Assembly (NCBI GenBank): GCA_951406725.2
Contig: OX597816.1
Location: forward strand, 107,694,001-107,758,000
Direction of reading: 5' to 3'
DNA: 64,000 nt
DNA from: Octopus vulgaris
Lineage: Eukaryota
Shown: positions 28,903 to 42,632 of the stretch, piece after piece
Layout of the letters: every line of letters begins with the position of its first letter
Numbering within the stretch: the first letter of the stretch is position 1
Notes under the pieces: generated by a model
Databases searched by the model: none
What the model saw: only the letters and a program-made list of their open reading frames with translations
What the model was told of the DNA's origin: nothing
Translations under genes and position numbers: made by a program

Positions 28903-29102
28903 CATGCATACATGTATGCATACGTTTGTTGTTTGTGTCAGTGTTTGTCCTCCACTATCCCATGACAACCGATGTTGGTCGGTTTACGTCCCCGTCACTT
29001 AGCAGTTCGGCAAAAAGAGAACAATTGAATAAGTAGTAGGCTTACAAATAATAAGCCCGATAATAAGGTCGATTTATTCGACTAAAGGCTTCATGGCCGC
29101 AA
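28690..29102 (+). mobile_element. SINE family 2 (tRNA head, CORE-like segment, internal microsatellite)
   Basis: B-box GGTTCAGTCC, CORE-like CTTGGGCAAATGTCTT, internal (TA)n at 28807-28900, conserved 3' domain. Confidence 0.82.
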
Positions 29103-30519
29103 TCAGATTCCTGAAAAATAAGTAAAGAGATATAAAACGTCTGGATTTTCCTCAGAAAATAAAGACAGTACTATTTCAATCTTCATAGATTTTTTGTTTA
29201 TGCTTGCATCTCTGTTTAGCGTCGCAGAAACGCAGATTGACTCTCCAGCTCTAAACAATAATAAGAACACTAAAAACAACAACAGCAACAACCCCCTCCC
29301 ACACACATGTACACAAACAAGAAAATAAACTAGATAAAAGGATGTAAAAAATCCAGACGTATATCTGTATATAAAGAAAAGTTACCGGCATTATTTCTCA
29401 CAAAGCTGTTTATCATTATTACTACAGACACACACACACACATACACATACGTACGTCCGCACACACACACACAACAGAATCACAACACATACACAGACA
29501 TACACAACACACACATAATGTTCCTTTCGAAGTCTGACGTTATATAAATGATATAATGCGCTCAGTTCGTGGTAGAATTTATCACACAAGAGATTAGAAG
29601 AAAGGAAATTAAGTCTGTTGTTTATTATGTTGTCAACGAAGAAATTGTTGAACGTGTTAGCATGTGTCGATGGTATACTGGAGATTACTTTACCTTCATC
29701 TATTGACAATGTTATTGCAAATTCAACAGACGTTTGTATGAACTTCAAAAAACTGATACTTGAGTTTGAATTTACGCTGACGATCAAAGATTATAATCAT
29801 CTTTAATGTGTAACACCACTTTATACATATTTAAAACCAAGGTGTATATAGATTAACTCATTTTAAATGATGCCTATTGACCTTTAATTTCTGATCAATA
29901 AAATATGATGTATTAGCCTAAATAGTTATTAAAAATGTAATAAATTATTGCAAACATTAATTAATCTTATTCGATTCTTATAAAAATGCTCAAATCGATT
30001 CAGACACAAAAATAGGATATTCTGCATACCGCATTTTAATTTTATTTTGCCAAAGAGGGTGTGGCACTTTTCCTTTATGTGGTCATTGTAGCTAAAGAGA
30101 TTGCATGGTAGAAGTCTTTGGAAGCCTTGAGAATATAACTCAATCACTCCAACCTGTATCTTCATTAACTTCTTCAAGTTTTACATGAAACGGATGGCAT
30201 GAATTTGAACCCAAGTGCTGCTCTCGAGAAAATCTGATAGATGGATGCAACTAGTAAAACTAATAAGCGTAAGAAGAAGGCAACCTCTTGAAATTTACCT
30301 GGAAATTCCAGTCGAAAGGGATTAACCATTGGCTAAATCTAACTCTCTGTGTGTGCTTTTCTGTTTTCTATTCTGGAATAAATTCAACATGTTTCTATGT
30401 TGGCCGCAGTTCAATGACTAAAACCTGTGAGAGAATAAAAAGGATAAAAGTATATATATTTATACATATATACATATATATTTCTTTTCTTTTATATATT
30501 TCAGTTCAAAGGCTGTGGC

Positions 30520-31160
30520 CATGCTAGAGCCCCACCAGTGTCATCACCTTTTCAGTGGTCATGCTTATACATTTGACTTTTAGTGAAGGAGGGAGTTCAA
30601 AACATCTGCATTCTTTTGAGTTTCTTGTCGTAATATAGGTTAATCTGGCACCTTGAACAGCAGGACATCAAGTTGTTTCTTGAAAACATCTATCCATACT
30701 CCATGAAGATCCCTCAGATATTTTGGCAAGGCAGTAAATAGCCTTGGGTCGTTGAATCCCAAGCTACTGCAGTACATAGTCCTCACTCTAGACGAAATAA
30801 CTGGGACTTTTAGAATAGTGCAGTGACGTCCTGTTCGTGGGGTTAGTATAGCTCTTGATACCAAAGTTCGGTGTTAACCCCTCCAGGATCTTCCGTATGT
30901 ATATCACTGTATACCTCTCCTGTCTTTTCTCTAGGGAGCCGTAGTTCTTTCAGTCTCTCTCAGTAGTTTATCTGTTTCATTGATGCAATCCTCCTGGTGT
31001 CGCACCAGTGAACTGCCTCAAGGTCCACAATTAATTTGATGCTGTGTTGTGACTATAGTTGTGAGGAATAGTTCAGACGGCTGAGTACAAATGTCCTCCA
31101 TAGAACCAGCAGATTTTCCTGGTCCTATGTTCTGAAGGTTCTCAGAATCCATCCGAGCAT
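30520..31160 (-). mobile_element. CR1/L2-group LINE 3' fragment, degraded
   Basis: LRTFRT...WRTFVLSRLNYSSQL...SLEKRQERY...PRLFTALPKYLR...FKKQLDVLLFKVPD. Confidence 0.82.
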
Positions 31161-31845
31161 TCACTTATATACTATATATATAATACTTAATTTAAAATAT
31201 TCTGAATATAAATAATCAGAATAATAAAATACTGCATTTGTTATACATTATGAGATCGAATTTTTTTTATAGTTAAATAGATAGTCGGTAAAAGAGGGAT
31301 GTCACCATGAGATGTGGCATTGAACAGAGCTCTCACTTCGAACGAAATTTTATTGGATTACTTGATGAAAAAGTTTGTTTCTTTCTTTTCCGTTTGTTGT
31401 GAGTTGTTATCAGGACATGCAATTTTCGTCTGTCCACTCTATTATCGAGTAGAAAAGTGCGTTAAGATACATTTTTAGTTTATTTTTTTAGCACTTTTTT
31501 CTGACAACTTAGAATTTGTAATTTCAGTTGGTGGCGTCAGTTGAAATGTTATAGAGATTATATACATAAAAGAGGTAGTAGCTTCGATATAGAGGAACTA
31601 AAAAAAAACAATAATACTTTTTTAAAAAAGATTTTCTCTTTCTTGCAAAAACAAAAATGTTAAAAGAAAGACAAAGATGATAAGGCAGGAGAAAAAGAAT
31701 TGAGGAAAAATGTGAAGAGGGTTATTGGAGTAGCCAAAATAAAAAAAAACAGTAACAGCGATAGTAATAATTTGAAATATTTGATAAATATGAACACACA
31801 TACAAAAATAGTAGGGACAACGCTAATAGAGATGCTGACGTTAAC

Positions 31846-31877
<32 letters not shown>

Positions 31878-32479
31878 CAACGACAAATTCGATAACATCG
31901 AAGATATAAAGAATAAATCTTTTGTTTAACAAATGTAAGGTGTTAGGCATTACCCAGCCGCCTGGAAAAGAAAGACTTTGGAGTAGCATTATCACAAAAA
32001 CAAGGGCATCTCTGCTCGAGTACTCTGTTCACATGACGGTAATAAAGAAGTGAACGGAACTCTGTTTTCTTAAAATAAAGAGAGCTTCCATATATTCTAG
32101 AAAGATGAGTTAACAGAAACGCTGACAGAGATGTGGAAGGATGTGAACACTCTCACTCGGTACAGCATGTAAGGAAATATATGTCTAGTATTAAAAATTC
32201 AGAATCGAAGTTCGTGTGGTAGATGTTTGTCCATAGATTATTGCTCTAGTATATAGGATGTTCACAGACAAGATGCAAATCGTGATGCGCAATCCATGGT
32301 TTACTTAACCGTTTTAATGTATTACTTGTGTGTTTCTGCATACATTCCAGCAACTGATGATTATTAATAGCCATCAAGCTGACATAAGGGACATCAAACC
32401 CATAATAACAGTTACGGATTTAGAGAAAGGACAAACTGAAAGGTCTTCCTCAGCAGAGAGTCAGCTAGGAGTTTCAAGT

Positions 32480-32883
32480 TAGGCACGTGCCGTCGGTAAT
32501 TACTTAGGGTAGGCAGTTGATGACCTTTATGTAGTAAAACACACAAAAAATAAGCGAAACACACACGCGCGACTGAGTTGAAGGCAGACTTACATCTGCC
32601 TTTACAGCACATAAAGAAAACGGTGTTGTAGGAGAGTACGCAGCACGTGTACTACAGCAGTTTTATGCATAGCTTAAACACTGAGATTGAAAAGCAGGGG
32701 CGAATTATACCTACCTAACCTACAAAAAAAAATATTTTGCATTTTATGCATAGTGTTCAGAGTAACCTTCATAATTTTATTGAGTTACGTACATATTTTG
32801 TCATAAAAGGAAAATGTTGCTATTGATCTATTTTATTCAGGGTAGGCAGTTCCTACCTTGCCTACCTAGGTGGCACGTCCCTG
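32480..32883. mobile_element. Possible non-autonomous DNA transposon (hAT-like ends)
   Basis: Imperfect inverted ends TAGGCACGTGCC / GGCACGTCCCTG and repeated subterminal GGGTAGGCAGTT / CCTACCT motifs; no TSD seen. Confidence 0.4.
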
Positions 32884-34689
32884 GTGTTACTAAATCATCG
32901 CTTTTCGAGTGTTGAGGGTTAATTAAACTTAGAGGCAGTTGAAGGTTCATAGGAGCCGTGAGTAAAGAATAGACACCCACAGAATCCCTCAGCTGAAAGA
33001 CAGATGTTGAAACCTCCCCATAAAGGATGGCTTACCCATTCTCACGACCATAAATTTACGGTTATCCGAAATGGAAAAAGGGAATGAATATCGATGGAAC
33101 TGCTGAAAATGTTACAACTTTAAAAAGTAACACTACGCTGGTTTCTTTTTATCCTGGGTTTAAACAAAAACGTCTGTTGTAGAAACCACTAACAAAAACA
33201 CGTGTATCATTATTTAAGCATAGAACAAGTGACTTAGTGTTTTCTCAGGACTGTAGGTGGAAACATTGATCTTGCCACACGGTGCTAAAGAGCTATATGT
33301 CAAAGTTAGTAGTTATAATGTAAACGGAATTTCTAGCATATGTGTGTCTGAAAATAAGTCTTTTTAAAGATAGCAAGTGTATTTTCAAATTTTTCATTTA
33401 CTTGGTCAGTTAGACAATTTCTTGATTTTTAAGAGTAGTGTAAGACCAAAGGACCTGGAATTATATCTCATTTGTCGCGACTCTGAAAGATTGTGAACAA
33501 TTTTAATGAAAGTATAATATCAACTGCCGCGAATTACTATTAGAAAGTTGAAAACGCAACATGGACAACAGCGTCATGTTTTGCATAATCAGTATTGACG
33601 TACCTAACACAGAAATCTATACAATTCAACGAAAAATATCTGTGAAAGTTACCCACTACAAACACAATGCCAAAAGTTAAAATATATAGTTGCTCTAACA
33701 GCGGAATCTGAATAAGTTTTACAGAAGATATATCTTATAAACTAAAATCAAATTATATATTTTATTGTAAAAATATCACTTCATGTGTTTATTAAAAGGC
33801 TTGATTTATTTTATTAAATGTAATGGCTGCAACAAAGACTTCACTGGACAAAGAATCTTACTTTGAGAAACAATCTCAAAAATATGAGATACTAATATGA
33901 GACAGATTTCGCTAAGTAAACGTGTCGAATTACGTGCTAGGAACAAATCATCAAATTTGTATTCTACCTACTTTACGTTTGTTATGACATAACCACAGGC
34001 AAAATATAGACAAATTAATAAAATATGTTTATTAAAATTACAAAGCAGGACTGAATAAGCTATATCAATATATGGGACAGACATTAACCTATTCTTCATA
34101 TTCTTACACACAAACACATAGGCAATTATATACACAAATATGTAAGCTATTTATTATTCTTAGCTATTCTGACAACTCATATTTTGTTTTAACACATTAC
34201 AGATGCATTGAATTTAACTGAGACTTGGAATTTTGCTGTAGTTGTGGTCCATGTTATCATAGTGACCTAATACGCACACAACGCGCATTGTTATACAGGC
34301 TAAAACGAGAAACATTACAAGGGTAATACATTCGAAAATTTGGCGCAGCTATCATTCTAACTGCCGCACGATGCATAAGAAAGAGCAAACTTTCAAACTG
34401 TGAGCAAAGTGTAGAGGAATATGGCATAGTTCGAAGGATTTCTATCCCTCACAACTTATATATATATATATGCGTTTATGAATTTGTTTTGCAAGATTCC
34501 TGATCTGAAACCGTGTGTTAAAACATATATTGTTATATTTCAGATGGGGATTTTTTTCTTGCCAAATAAACACACGCACTGTATATCTGTTCTTCTCTCC
34601 TTTGAGCTCCCGCTGGATTTTTCCTACCCACTCCCTTAAGTTACGTACCATCTCCTCAATGTAAGTTGTTGTCTTGATTCTACACCATC

Positions 34690-35340
34690 TCATAATAGAC
34701 TGTAAGCTATAGACAGTGCTTTACCAAGATGCTCAATCAGAACATAGAGGCTCGGTTAATAGCATAGAGATTAAGGTATTATCAATGCATAGAACAGGCA
34801 CGACACTTAGACTACAGAGGCCACATTCTGTAATAGACAGACAAAGCCTCAACAGAAAACACGAATAGAACAATAACACCCATCAACACCACCAACACCA
34901 CAACAATAGTACGCACCTCGACGACTAAAGACATAAGGAAAAAAGACACAAATACAAACAGTATAATACATAAACACATACATATACACAAAGGACACAC
35001 ATACACATCCTTTTTATGAAATATAAGAAATCAAGATAAATAAGCATAAAATGCAAGAAAAAACTACATAAAGGGCATGGGTACAAACAATATAGCAAAC
35101 CCATATACACGCACACAAAAACACACATACAAAACACATAGACACGCATACACACGCACAGACGCACACACACACACACACTCATACACACACCATAGAA
35201 AGACACAATGGATTAAACAGAACTAGAGGACACACGTTGGTTGAAGGTGTTGCCGAAAAGATATGTGACGAAAGATTTTCAGACAATGGAATACAATAAA
35301 GTAAAAACAATAATAAACGGGTGAAGAACGAATATGTAGT
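34690..35340 (+). mobile_element. Penelope-like 3' end relic
   Basis: IEIKVLSMHRTGTTLRLQ...SLNRKHE* ending ~34868, then C/A-rich UTR, a decayed hammerhead-like TTGAAGGTG...CGAAA (35240-35275) and AATAAA. Confidence 0.5.
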
Positions 35341-35447
35341 ATATATGCTTATTTGGCAGGAAAATCACCATCCAAATATAAAAATAGATGTGGATCGTTG
35401 GCAATTTTCCCCTCTGTCTTCCTTTTCTCTTGGACTTTCCTGTCTCC

Positions 35448-35484
35448 TGTTTCTGTAGAAGAGCTTTGCTCGAAACGTAAAACA
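35448..35484 (+). ncRNA. Minimal hammerhead ribozyme motif (one core substitution)
   Basis: tgttt-CTGtAGA-a-gagc-ttt-gctc-GAAA-CG-TA-aaaca: 5-bp stem I, 4-bp stem II, palindromic ACGT stem III, GUA triplet. Confidence 0.7.
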
Positions 35485-35499
35485 ACCTTTCTTTCCTTC

Positions 35500-36550
35500 C
35501 ATTAGTCATTAGGGGTAAATAGTAGTTCGAAGTAAATTTGTGGCATACCACTTTAATGTGAAACAATATATTCGCATATCCGCGCGTACGCGCGTATTTT
35601 CTCTGTGTGCCTGTAGTATCTTATAGGTGTGCACGCGCGAGTACGTGCCTGCATATTCTCATGTGCAGAGAGGAAGTTGTAGGAAGGTCACGAGGTTAAG
35701 AAAATATAAAGGTAACTAAAGAAAGTGTATGGTATAAATATATAGAGGGTGTGGAGGAATAGTTATGGAATAATTAGGAAGGGCGCTATTATTTGTACCT
35801 TGAGAATGTGTTACATAACCTATGTTTACAACTGAGAATTCGGTGTCTCTCTTCATTCAGACAATCGTTGTATTGCATAATAGATAAGACTTCTGCGATG
35901 CAGGGAGCGTATTTATTGTTATAACCCTTATACGGTTTGGTATGAGTAATAATGGACCATTTTAAGGTGTAGAGAACAGAGGTTTCTTCGTGGTTATGAA
36001 TGAGCCGAGATACAAAACAAAAAAGTGCTGTTAGATCTCGCTTGAGATTTAAAACTAGAATAGTGGTAGCCATCTCTGACCCTGGAGGTGATGCCGCATG
36101 TTTGGATTTTTCCGTTGATACCGGATATTTATATACAATATTTTGTGTGGCGTCTTTTATCTAAGGGACAGGAGGTAGGATTTCTACAGCTGCATAGGAT
36201 TCTAGAAGGTCCTAAAATGGAGATTGCGGGGTTAAGATTATCTGGGTTTAACCTAGTGTTATACGTATTGTCCGCAGCGGTGTTAAGATTGGTGTTTGTT
36301 AGGGTGGTGAGGGAGTTGTCCGGGGGTTGTAGCTTATAGTTCTTATACCTAATAATATTATTCCTATCATTGCCTATTTCAGTGGTGGGTATACCCAGAT
36401 CACTAGATTGATTAAGGGTATTGAGTGGAGTGTTAGGATTAGTACTAGTGGTGTGGGGGTCAGTATTGGTAAGGAAGTTTAAGGATGTCCTAGCGTAGGG
36501 GTCTGGAGGTTAGGGTGAGTTGTGTTAGTATGATTAAAGTTAACTAATTG
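35500..36550 (-). mobile_element. Penelope-like element relic (GIY-YIG region and 3' UTR)
   Basis: N/T/P-rich linker, CSCRNPTSCPLDKR..TKYCIYKY, HYSSFK, LKWSIITHTKPYKG...CIAEVLSI...CLNEE...SCKH; same architecture as 7500-8107. Confidence 0.78.
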
Positions 36551-36552
36551 TT

Positions 36553-37614
36553 GGTTACGAAGTTTTTAATTATTCTGACGTCGAATTATATCGGCAATGT
36601 TAGTTGTGATGAAGTAGGAAAATTTAATCGATTTGGGGGTTCAAAATATATATAATATTGTTGTGAGTTCAATTTAAGGACAGTTGGTTGCGACCTACTT
36701 TTGAAATAAATCCATTGTTCTGTCAGATTCACGAAAGAGTGATGGCTTTTTGGAAGGACCCCTCCCCTTGTGCCGGTCAAGGAAAGTTCGAGGAAACCCC
36801 TTAAAAAGCAAAGAGATGTGAGTCTGTTAGTCAGTCGAGGACGGAGCAAGTGTGTAACAGGTTGTTTCTGCTGTGCGAGATTAAAGGCAGTTGGCAGATG
36901 GGATTCATCGAGTTAGCAGTGGTTGTTCTGCTGTGACGGTAACTGGAAGAGGAAGATAGGCAGATGGGATTACGGCTTGAGGCGGCGACGGCGTAAGGAA
37001 AGACAGACAGATAGTATTAAATAGCTAATAGAGAGGACTATGGTGTGAGGCATTGGCTGTTGTACAGTATGTGTTGATTATTGAGTTGTGTTACTTATGT
37101 AAAAGAATTGAACAATGTGAATTGAGTAAAGGACTTGTTGATGTGTCATAGAGAACAATGTGAATTGTATTGATACGTGTTACAAAAAAAGAAGGAAAAA
37201 GACAAGAAAAGAACTCTGAACTGTATCGTTAATGTGTACGTTAATGGAACTGTTGTGACTTGAACATTGTATAATGTATTGATTTGTTGTTTTCTTTAAA
37301 TGCTGTTGTTTTATTGTATCAGCGTGTATTGTTGCTTTGATTTGTAACGTGAATTATTTGTCTATGAACACTGTATATTGCATCTGCATGCTGTTGATTC
37401 TGTTGCCTGTATTTACTTTGATGTACCTGATGTATCACATTGTATTTGTTGTAATATTTGTATAAACTGTTATTAAATGTAGCCGATTGCCTCTGTGTCT
37501 CTCTCCTCTCTGGGTTCCGTGGCGAACCTTTCCAATCGATCGAGCCTGGTCAATCGTCGTCGCTCGATTTGTTGGGATCCCGGGTTCGAGTTCGAGCGAC
37601 GGCAGGTCGTAACA
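36553..37614 (+). mobile_element. Probable solo LTR
   Basis: Ends (G)GTTACGA...TCGTAACA form a short inverted repeat finishing in CA; internal direct repeats, TATTAAATAG at ~37015, ATTAAA at ~37472, GC-rich U5-like end; no TSD found. Confidence 0.5.
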
Positions 37615-37718
37615 ATATATATATAGAGAGAATATATATTCTTATGTATGTATAAAATAAATATTACATTATAATACAACACGCGTGCGCACACACGCTC
37701 ACACACGCTCACACACTC

Positions 37719-37721
<3 letters not shown>

Positions 37722-37751
<30 letters not shown>

Positions 37752-37900
37752 TGTATGTATGTATGTATGTATGTATGTATTTATGTATGTATGTACGTAT
37801 GTATGTATGTATGCATGCATGTATGTATGTATGTATGTATGTATGTATGTATGTATGTATGTATGTATGTATGTATGTATGTATGTATGTATGCATGCAT
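37722..37900. repeat. (TATG)n microsatellite
   Basis: Direct observation. Confidence 0.95.
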
Positions 37901-37902
37901 GT

Positions 37903-38440
37903 ACTTACTTTGATACTTTGATACTTTGATAGGTTTCGGCCATTATTGGCCCAGGCCATGTCTAACTTAATAGCACCACCTGGTGAAGTCTTTCAAGTCA
38001 GAATTTGGGCACTATGGCCCACTCAAGTAGAGAGTTATTGTTTACAGAGACATATCCGGGTGTAGGGGGTTTATCCGGGATTTCTTAAAGGAATCTGTCC
38101 AAAGACCTCTTGAACCCTATAGGGTCTGTTTCTGTTTTAATGTGTTTTGGCGTAATGTTAAAGAGAGCGGGGCCAATTGAGGTGAAATAATTGTGCCGTA
38201 TTGTTGTTATGAGATGAGAGTGCGATTTTTGTTTTGGGCGGATGGCACGGGGCCCAAGCCTTGGATGTACCTTAAAGGTGATGCCAACATCATTTGGGCA
38301 ATGCTGATGGAATATTTTCCACATCATGCAGATGATGTAGCGCTCACGACGACGTTGGAGAGAATAAAGTTTTAGCTTTTCTAGTCGACCCCAATAGTCG
38401 AGGCCTGTCATGCCATCTATCTTTTTTGTGATTGCCCTTT
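37903..38440 (-). mobile_element. CR1/L2-group LINE 3' end with (ATCAAAGT)n tail
   Basis: QRAITKKIDGMTGLDYWGRLEKLKLYSLQRRRERY...GPALFN...FKRSLDRFL*EIPDKP; octamer tail x3; TATG repeats on both sides. Confidence 0.9.
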
Positions 38441-38623
38441 GTATGTATGTATGTTTGTTTGTATGTTGTATGCATGTATACACTCAGACACAAACACACT
38501 TTCTTTACCCTTCTAGTATTCATGTTTCCAAGGTGATAGAAATCAACATTTATTCAGTCATAATTTTTGAATTCAGATCACAAAATAACACAAGGCTATT
38601 GAAGTTGACTGTATATAACTACG

Positions 38624-38624
<1 letters not shown>

Positions 38625-38677
<53 letters not shown>

Positions 38678-38911
38678 CTGTATGTGCGCATCTATGTATG
38701 CATGAGTTTCTGCATGTCTGAACATCCGTGTTCTTATGTATACTTGCAGGCCCAATGTATATATATACACACATGCATACATACATACATACATACATAC
38801 ATACATACATACATACATACATACATACATACATGCATACATACATATATATATATGTGTGTGTGTATGTTTTTATATAAATATGTATGTTTGTGTATAT
38901 ATATATATATT

Positions 38912-38985
<74 letters not shown>

Positions 38986-39180
38986 ATGGAGAGAAGAGAG
39001 AGTCAAGCACGTGTTTCAGCAAATATATAAACCTAACCAAAGGCAAGGAAACTATAACGAAAGTATAATAAGATTTTGCAGAAGAGAAATAAATTACAGT
39101 AGCTTTGAATTGCCGTCAGTAATGAAAATAGCTTTATATGTGGGTATGTATGAATGTATGTATGTATGTATGTATGTATG

Positions 39181-39211
<31 letters not shown>

Positions 39212-39345
39212 TGTAATGTATGTATGTATGTAAGTAATATATGCATGTATACACTTGCATCCTTGTATGTATACAAACATATATATATACATATACATAC
39301 ATACATATACATACATACATATATATACTGTATGTATATATGAAT
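38625..39345. repeat. Cluster of (TA)n, (CATA)n and (TATG)n microsatellites
   Basis: Direct observation. Confidence 0.9.
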
Positions 39346-39870
39346 ATGTGTACAAGTATACATTCAAAAATAAAAGCTAATTAGGTCTGTAAATCTGCAA
39401 AGATGACAAGATTTGAAAATGAAATATTGTGGTTCTTACATTTCATTGTAAGGCAATTTTTTTGTAATCCTACTTAGAACCGTTTGTTGCAAAATTGAAA
39501 ACAAAATACAGACATACATACGAATGTACGTAAATACATAAATACATATCTATATGTTTATGTATATAAATATGTGTGTGTACATATACGTACACATTTA
39601 TATGTATGATACACATCATATATATGCATAAATATCTATCTATCTCTCCGTACATCCATCCATCCATCCATCCATCCATCCATCCATCCATCCATCCATC
39701 CATCCATCCATCTATCCATCTATCTACCGATAGATTAGTATATATAAGCTGCATCTTATATGGAAATATATATTATTGACACCATGAAAATTATCATAGT
39801 CTAAAAGAAATGTCGTATGTAAACAGACATACACAAATTTATGCTGGTGTACTCGCTCTGAAATATGGAA

Positions 39871-39912
<42 letters not shown>

Positions 39913-41889
39913 GTTGTTGTTGTTGTTGTTATTTTTATTATTATTGTAATATATATAATATATATGTATATAATATTATTTTATTTAAACGTATATTTCA
40001 TCGATAATATCGTATATGAACACTTATATCTTGTGTAACAACCTACACTTAAGTATATTTTTTCTGAATACCCTTACATGTAAACCAATATTTTATCAAT
40101 CCTATCATGTATAAATATATTTTTGTATGAAAATAAAGACAATAAAAACGTGTAATGGCTAAACACACACATTATAAATTACTTTATTGATCTTGTTTTT
40201 GGCAGATCCAATCTTGATATTATCTATCTTTAGATATTTTTCCTTTGTTTTGTAATTCTTTTCTTAATGTCCACCAGAATCGGCGTATCTATTGTTTCTT
40301 GTGATTTCAAATCGTATTTATGTTTTAGATTTTAGTTAAATATCTAAAACTTTAAAAAAAAGCCCAAACTTTTCATGTTTGTATGCAATGTATACTAAAG
40401 ACGACTCCAGCATCTAAAATTCTAAATTTATTATTTTTACATTTGCAATAGATTTCTTCAACTGAATTTAGACTGTATTGACAGAGACAAACTAAAAAAA
40501 CAGCAGCAAAAACAAACAAAAAGGTAGAACAAAACTGAAGAACCTCACCTCACTCCAGCTGGCAGTTAAATTCAAGTAATTTAAGATTACATAAAGATCG
40601 GATAGAAAAGATTATCCTTCCATATTCAGTAGTTACAAGACATAAATTTCAAGTTTTATATATTTACAAACGGTACAAACTCACAAAAGTCTCCGGCGCG
40701 TTCTAATTTCTTTCTTTATGGAGCCAAAAATTGAAGCAGAATGTGGTCGTGGGAGCAGCCAGAAATAGCAGGCAAATCTCTGCATGATTCATACTTTACC
40801 ACATTTAAAATATAACGGCAACATTTACGTAAGAAGAAAATATGCAGGATTGTCACAACTAAATAGTGTCTAATCGTAGGTATACTCAAACACAACTGTC
40901 TTACAATACAAAGCAGGGGGAAGACCAAGAATGATGATTACAGTTATAATACTAAAGGATATTTCTAATGAATTTCCAAATAAAATTCTTCAAACTTTGA
41001 GAAATATATATCACTGTAGTTTCCTTGAATTGAACTGATACTTGTAGGTTTGAAAGTTACGGATTCTTTGCATCTCTCTGCTCTAAGCAGAGAGAACAAT
41101 ACTTATTGTTTTATTTATACTTAGAGCAGGCTTTCTAGTCTGTGTAAGTGAAATTCTCTATGATAGATTACATCAACCTCTACTGTATATTTTCTGCTAC
41201 TTATTTCAGAGTTTGATGAATGACAGTGTTAAATCTGGCCAGAGTCTTGAATAGTAGACGAGGATAGTTTTCTACAATCTTAAGCAAGAGAGCGATTGCT
41301 TTCTCGCTGAACAAATTATCAATCGTTTGGAAGTAATCATTGCGTAAAACGGTCTTGTGATGAAGAACAGTCCAACAATGACTTTTCAATCATTTTTTTT
41401 TTTTAGAACACTATACATCTGAGATGTATTATCCAATTTATTTTTATGCATTTCCGAAGAGGGCAGGCTGTGGTTTGAGTAAGATAGGATTTTAGCAGGT
41501 CAAAAGGCTGCATAGAGTGTACATTTTATGTTTACTGTGTTGTCTATATGTGAATTTGTGTGTGTGTGTGTGTGTGTGTGTAAGGTATTTAAGTAAGTTT
41601 ACCAGCATTTGTGTGCTGAAAGCTAGTGCAACTGTGTGTATGTGTATGTACTTGTGTAAGTTTAAGAATCTCTGTGGGTGTTCTATAAAGAATAAAGAGG
41701 TTTTGCATTTACCTTGAACATTAGAGCAAGAAATATTTCCTTATCCAGAATGTTTCATGTTATATAAACTAGAGTAGTAGAGTCGAAGGATACTGTCTTA
41801 ACTATCTCATCCTTCACACAGTGGTACATTCATTTATATGCGCTATGAAATATAGAATACTCCTACGCAGTACATATCCTAAGTTATAT

Positions 41890-42632
41890 ATCAGGCCATT
41901 AAGAAGGAAATGTCCAATTTTCTTATGCACCAAATTTGACAGTCGTTAACTCTAATGTTTTATCCTGACAATTCTTTGTTTTACAACGTTGAAGAGTTAC
42001 ATCATCACTTTTCGAAATGCAATTCATGGTGCCTGATTATATTGTGAGTTTTCTGTTGTAAATCAATTTTTGTAAACCCATGGAAAGTTTTAAAAATTCG
42101 TGTTGTTTAAAAATATGAATTCTGTCGTGGAACCAATGCATCCCAGACTGCTCGAAACATTAATGTGGTGTTTGTTGAAGATGTGGCGATGGTTTGAAAA
42201 GCTCCGGTCTGGTGACTTTACTCTTAAAAATCAGCCCCGTGATAGACTTGAGACCAAGGTGGATAATGATGAGCTGGAAACTGTAGTGGAAGTGGATACA
42301 TCTCAAACTACTTGTGAGTTAGCAGCAAGGTTTGACGTTTTGATTCCTCCTGTATTTGACCATCTGAAACAAATCGGCAGGGTAAAGAAGCTGGCCAAAG
42401 GGGTATCACACGAACTGAGCGAGCATCAAATGACAAGTCGTCTTGAAACTTGCTGTTCTTTACTGTCATCGTATTGTTACATTTGAGGAAAAATGGATTC
42501 TTTTCAACAATAGCAAGCATTCTACACGGTGGGTGGAAAGAGACAAAGTGCCAAAACACTATCCAAAAGAAAATATTCGTCAAAAAAATCTCTAATGTTG
42601 TTTGTTTGGTGGTCCAGCGCTGGGGTCATCCA
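41890..42632 (+). mobile_element. Mariner element, 5' half, degraded
   Basis: TA-TCAGGCCATTAAGAAGGAAATG TIR-like start; RWFEKLRSGDFTLKNQPR..., V.HELSE, IVTFEEKWI (VTGDEKW). Confidence 0.85.

Noticed and set aside
34495-34520. CTGATCTGAAAC as a hammerhead core
   Set aside because: No stem II between the core halves.
37685-39367. Many MYVC/YIHT/IYIY ORFs
   Set aside because: Translations of (TATG)n and (TA)n microsatellites.
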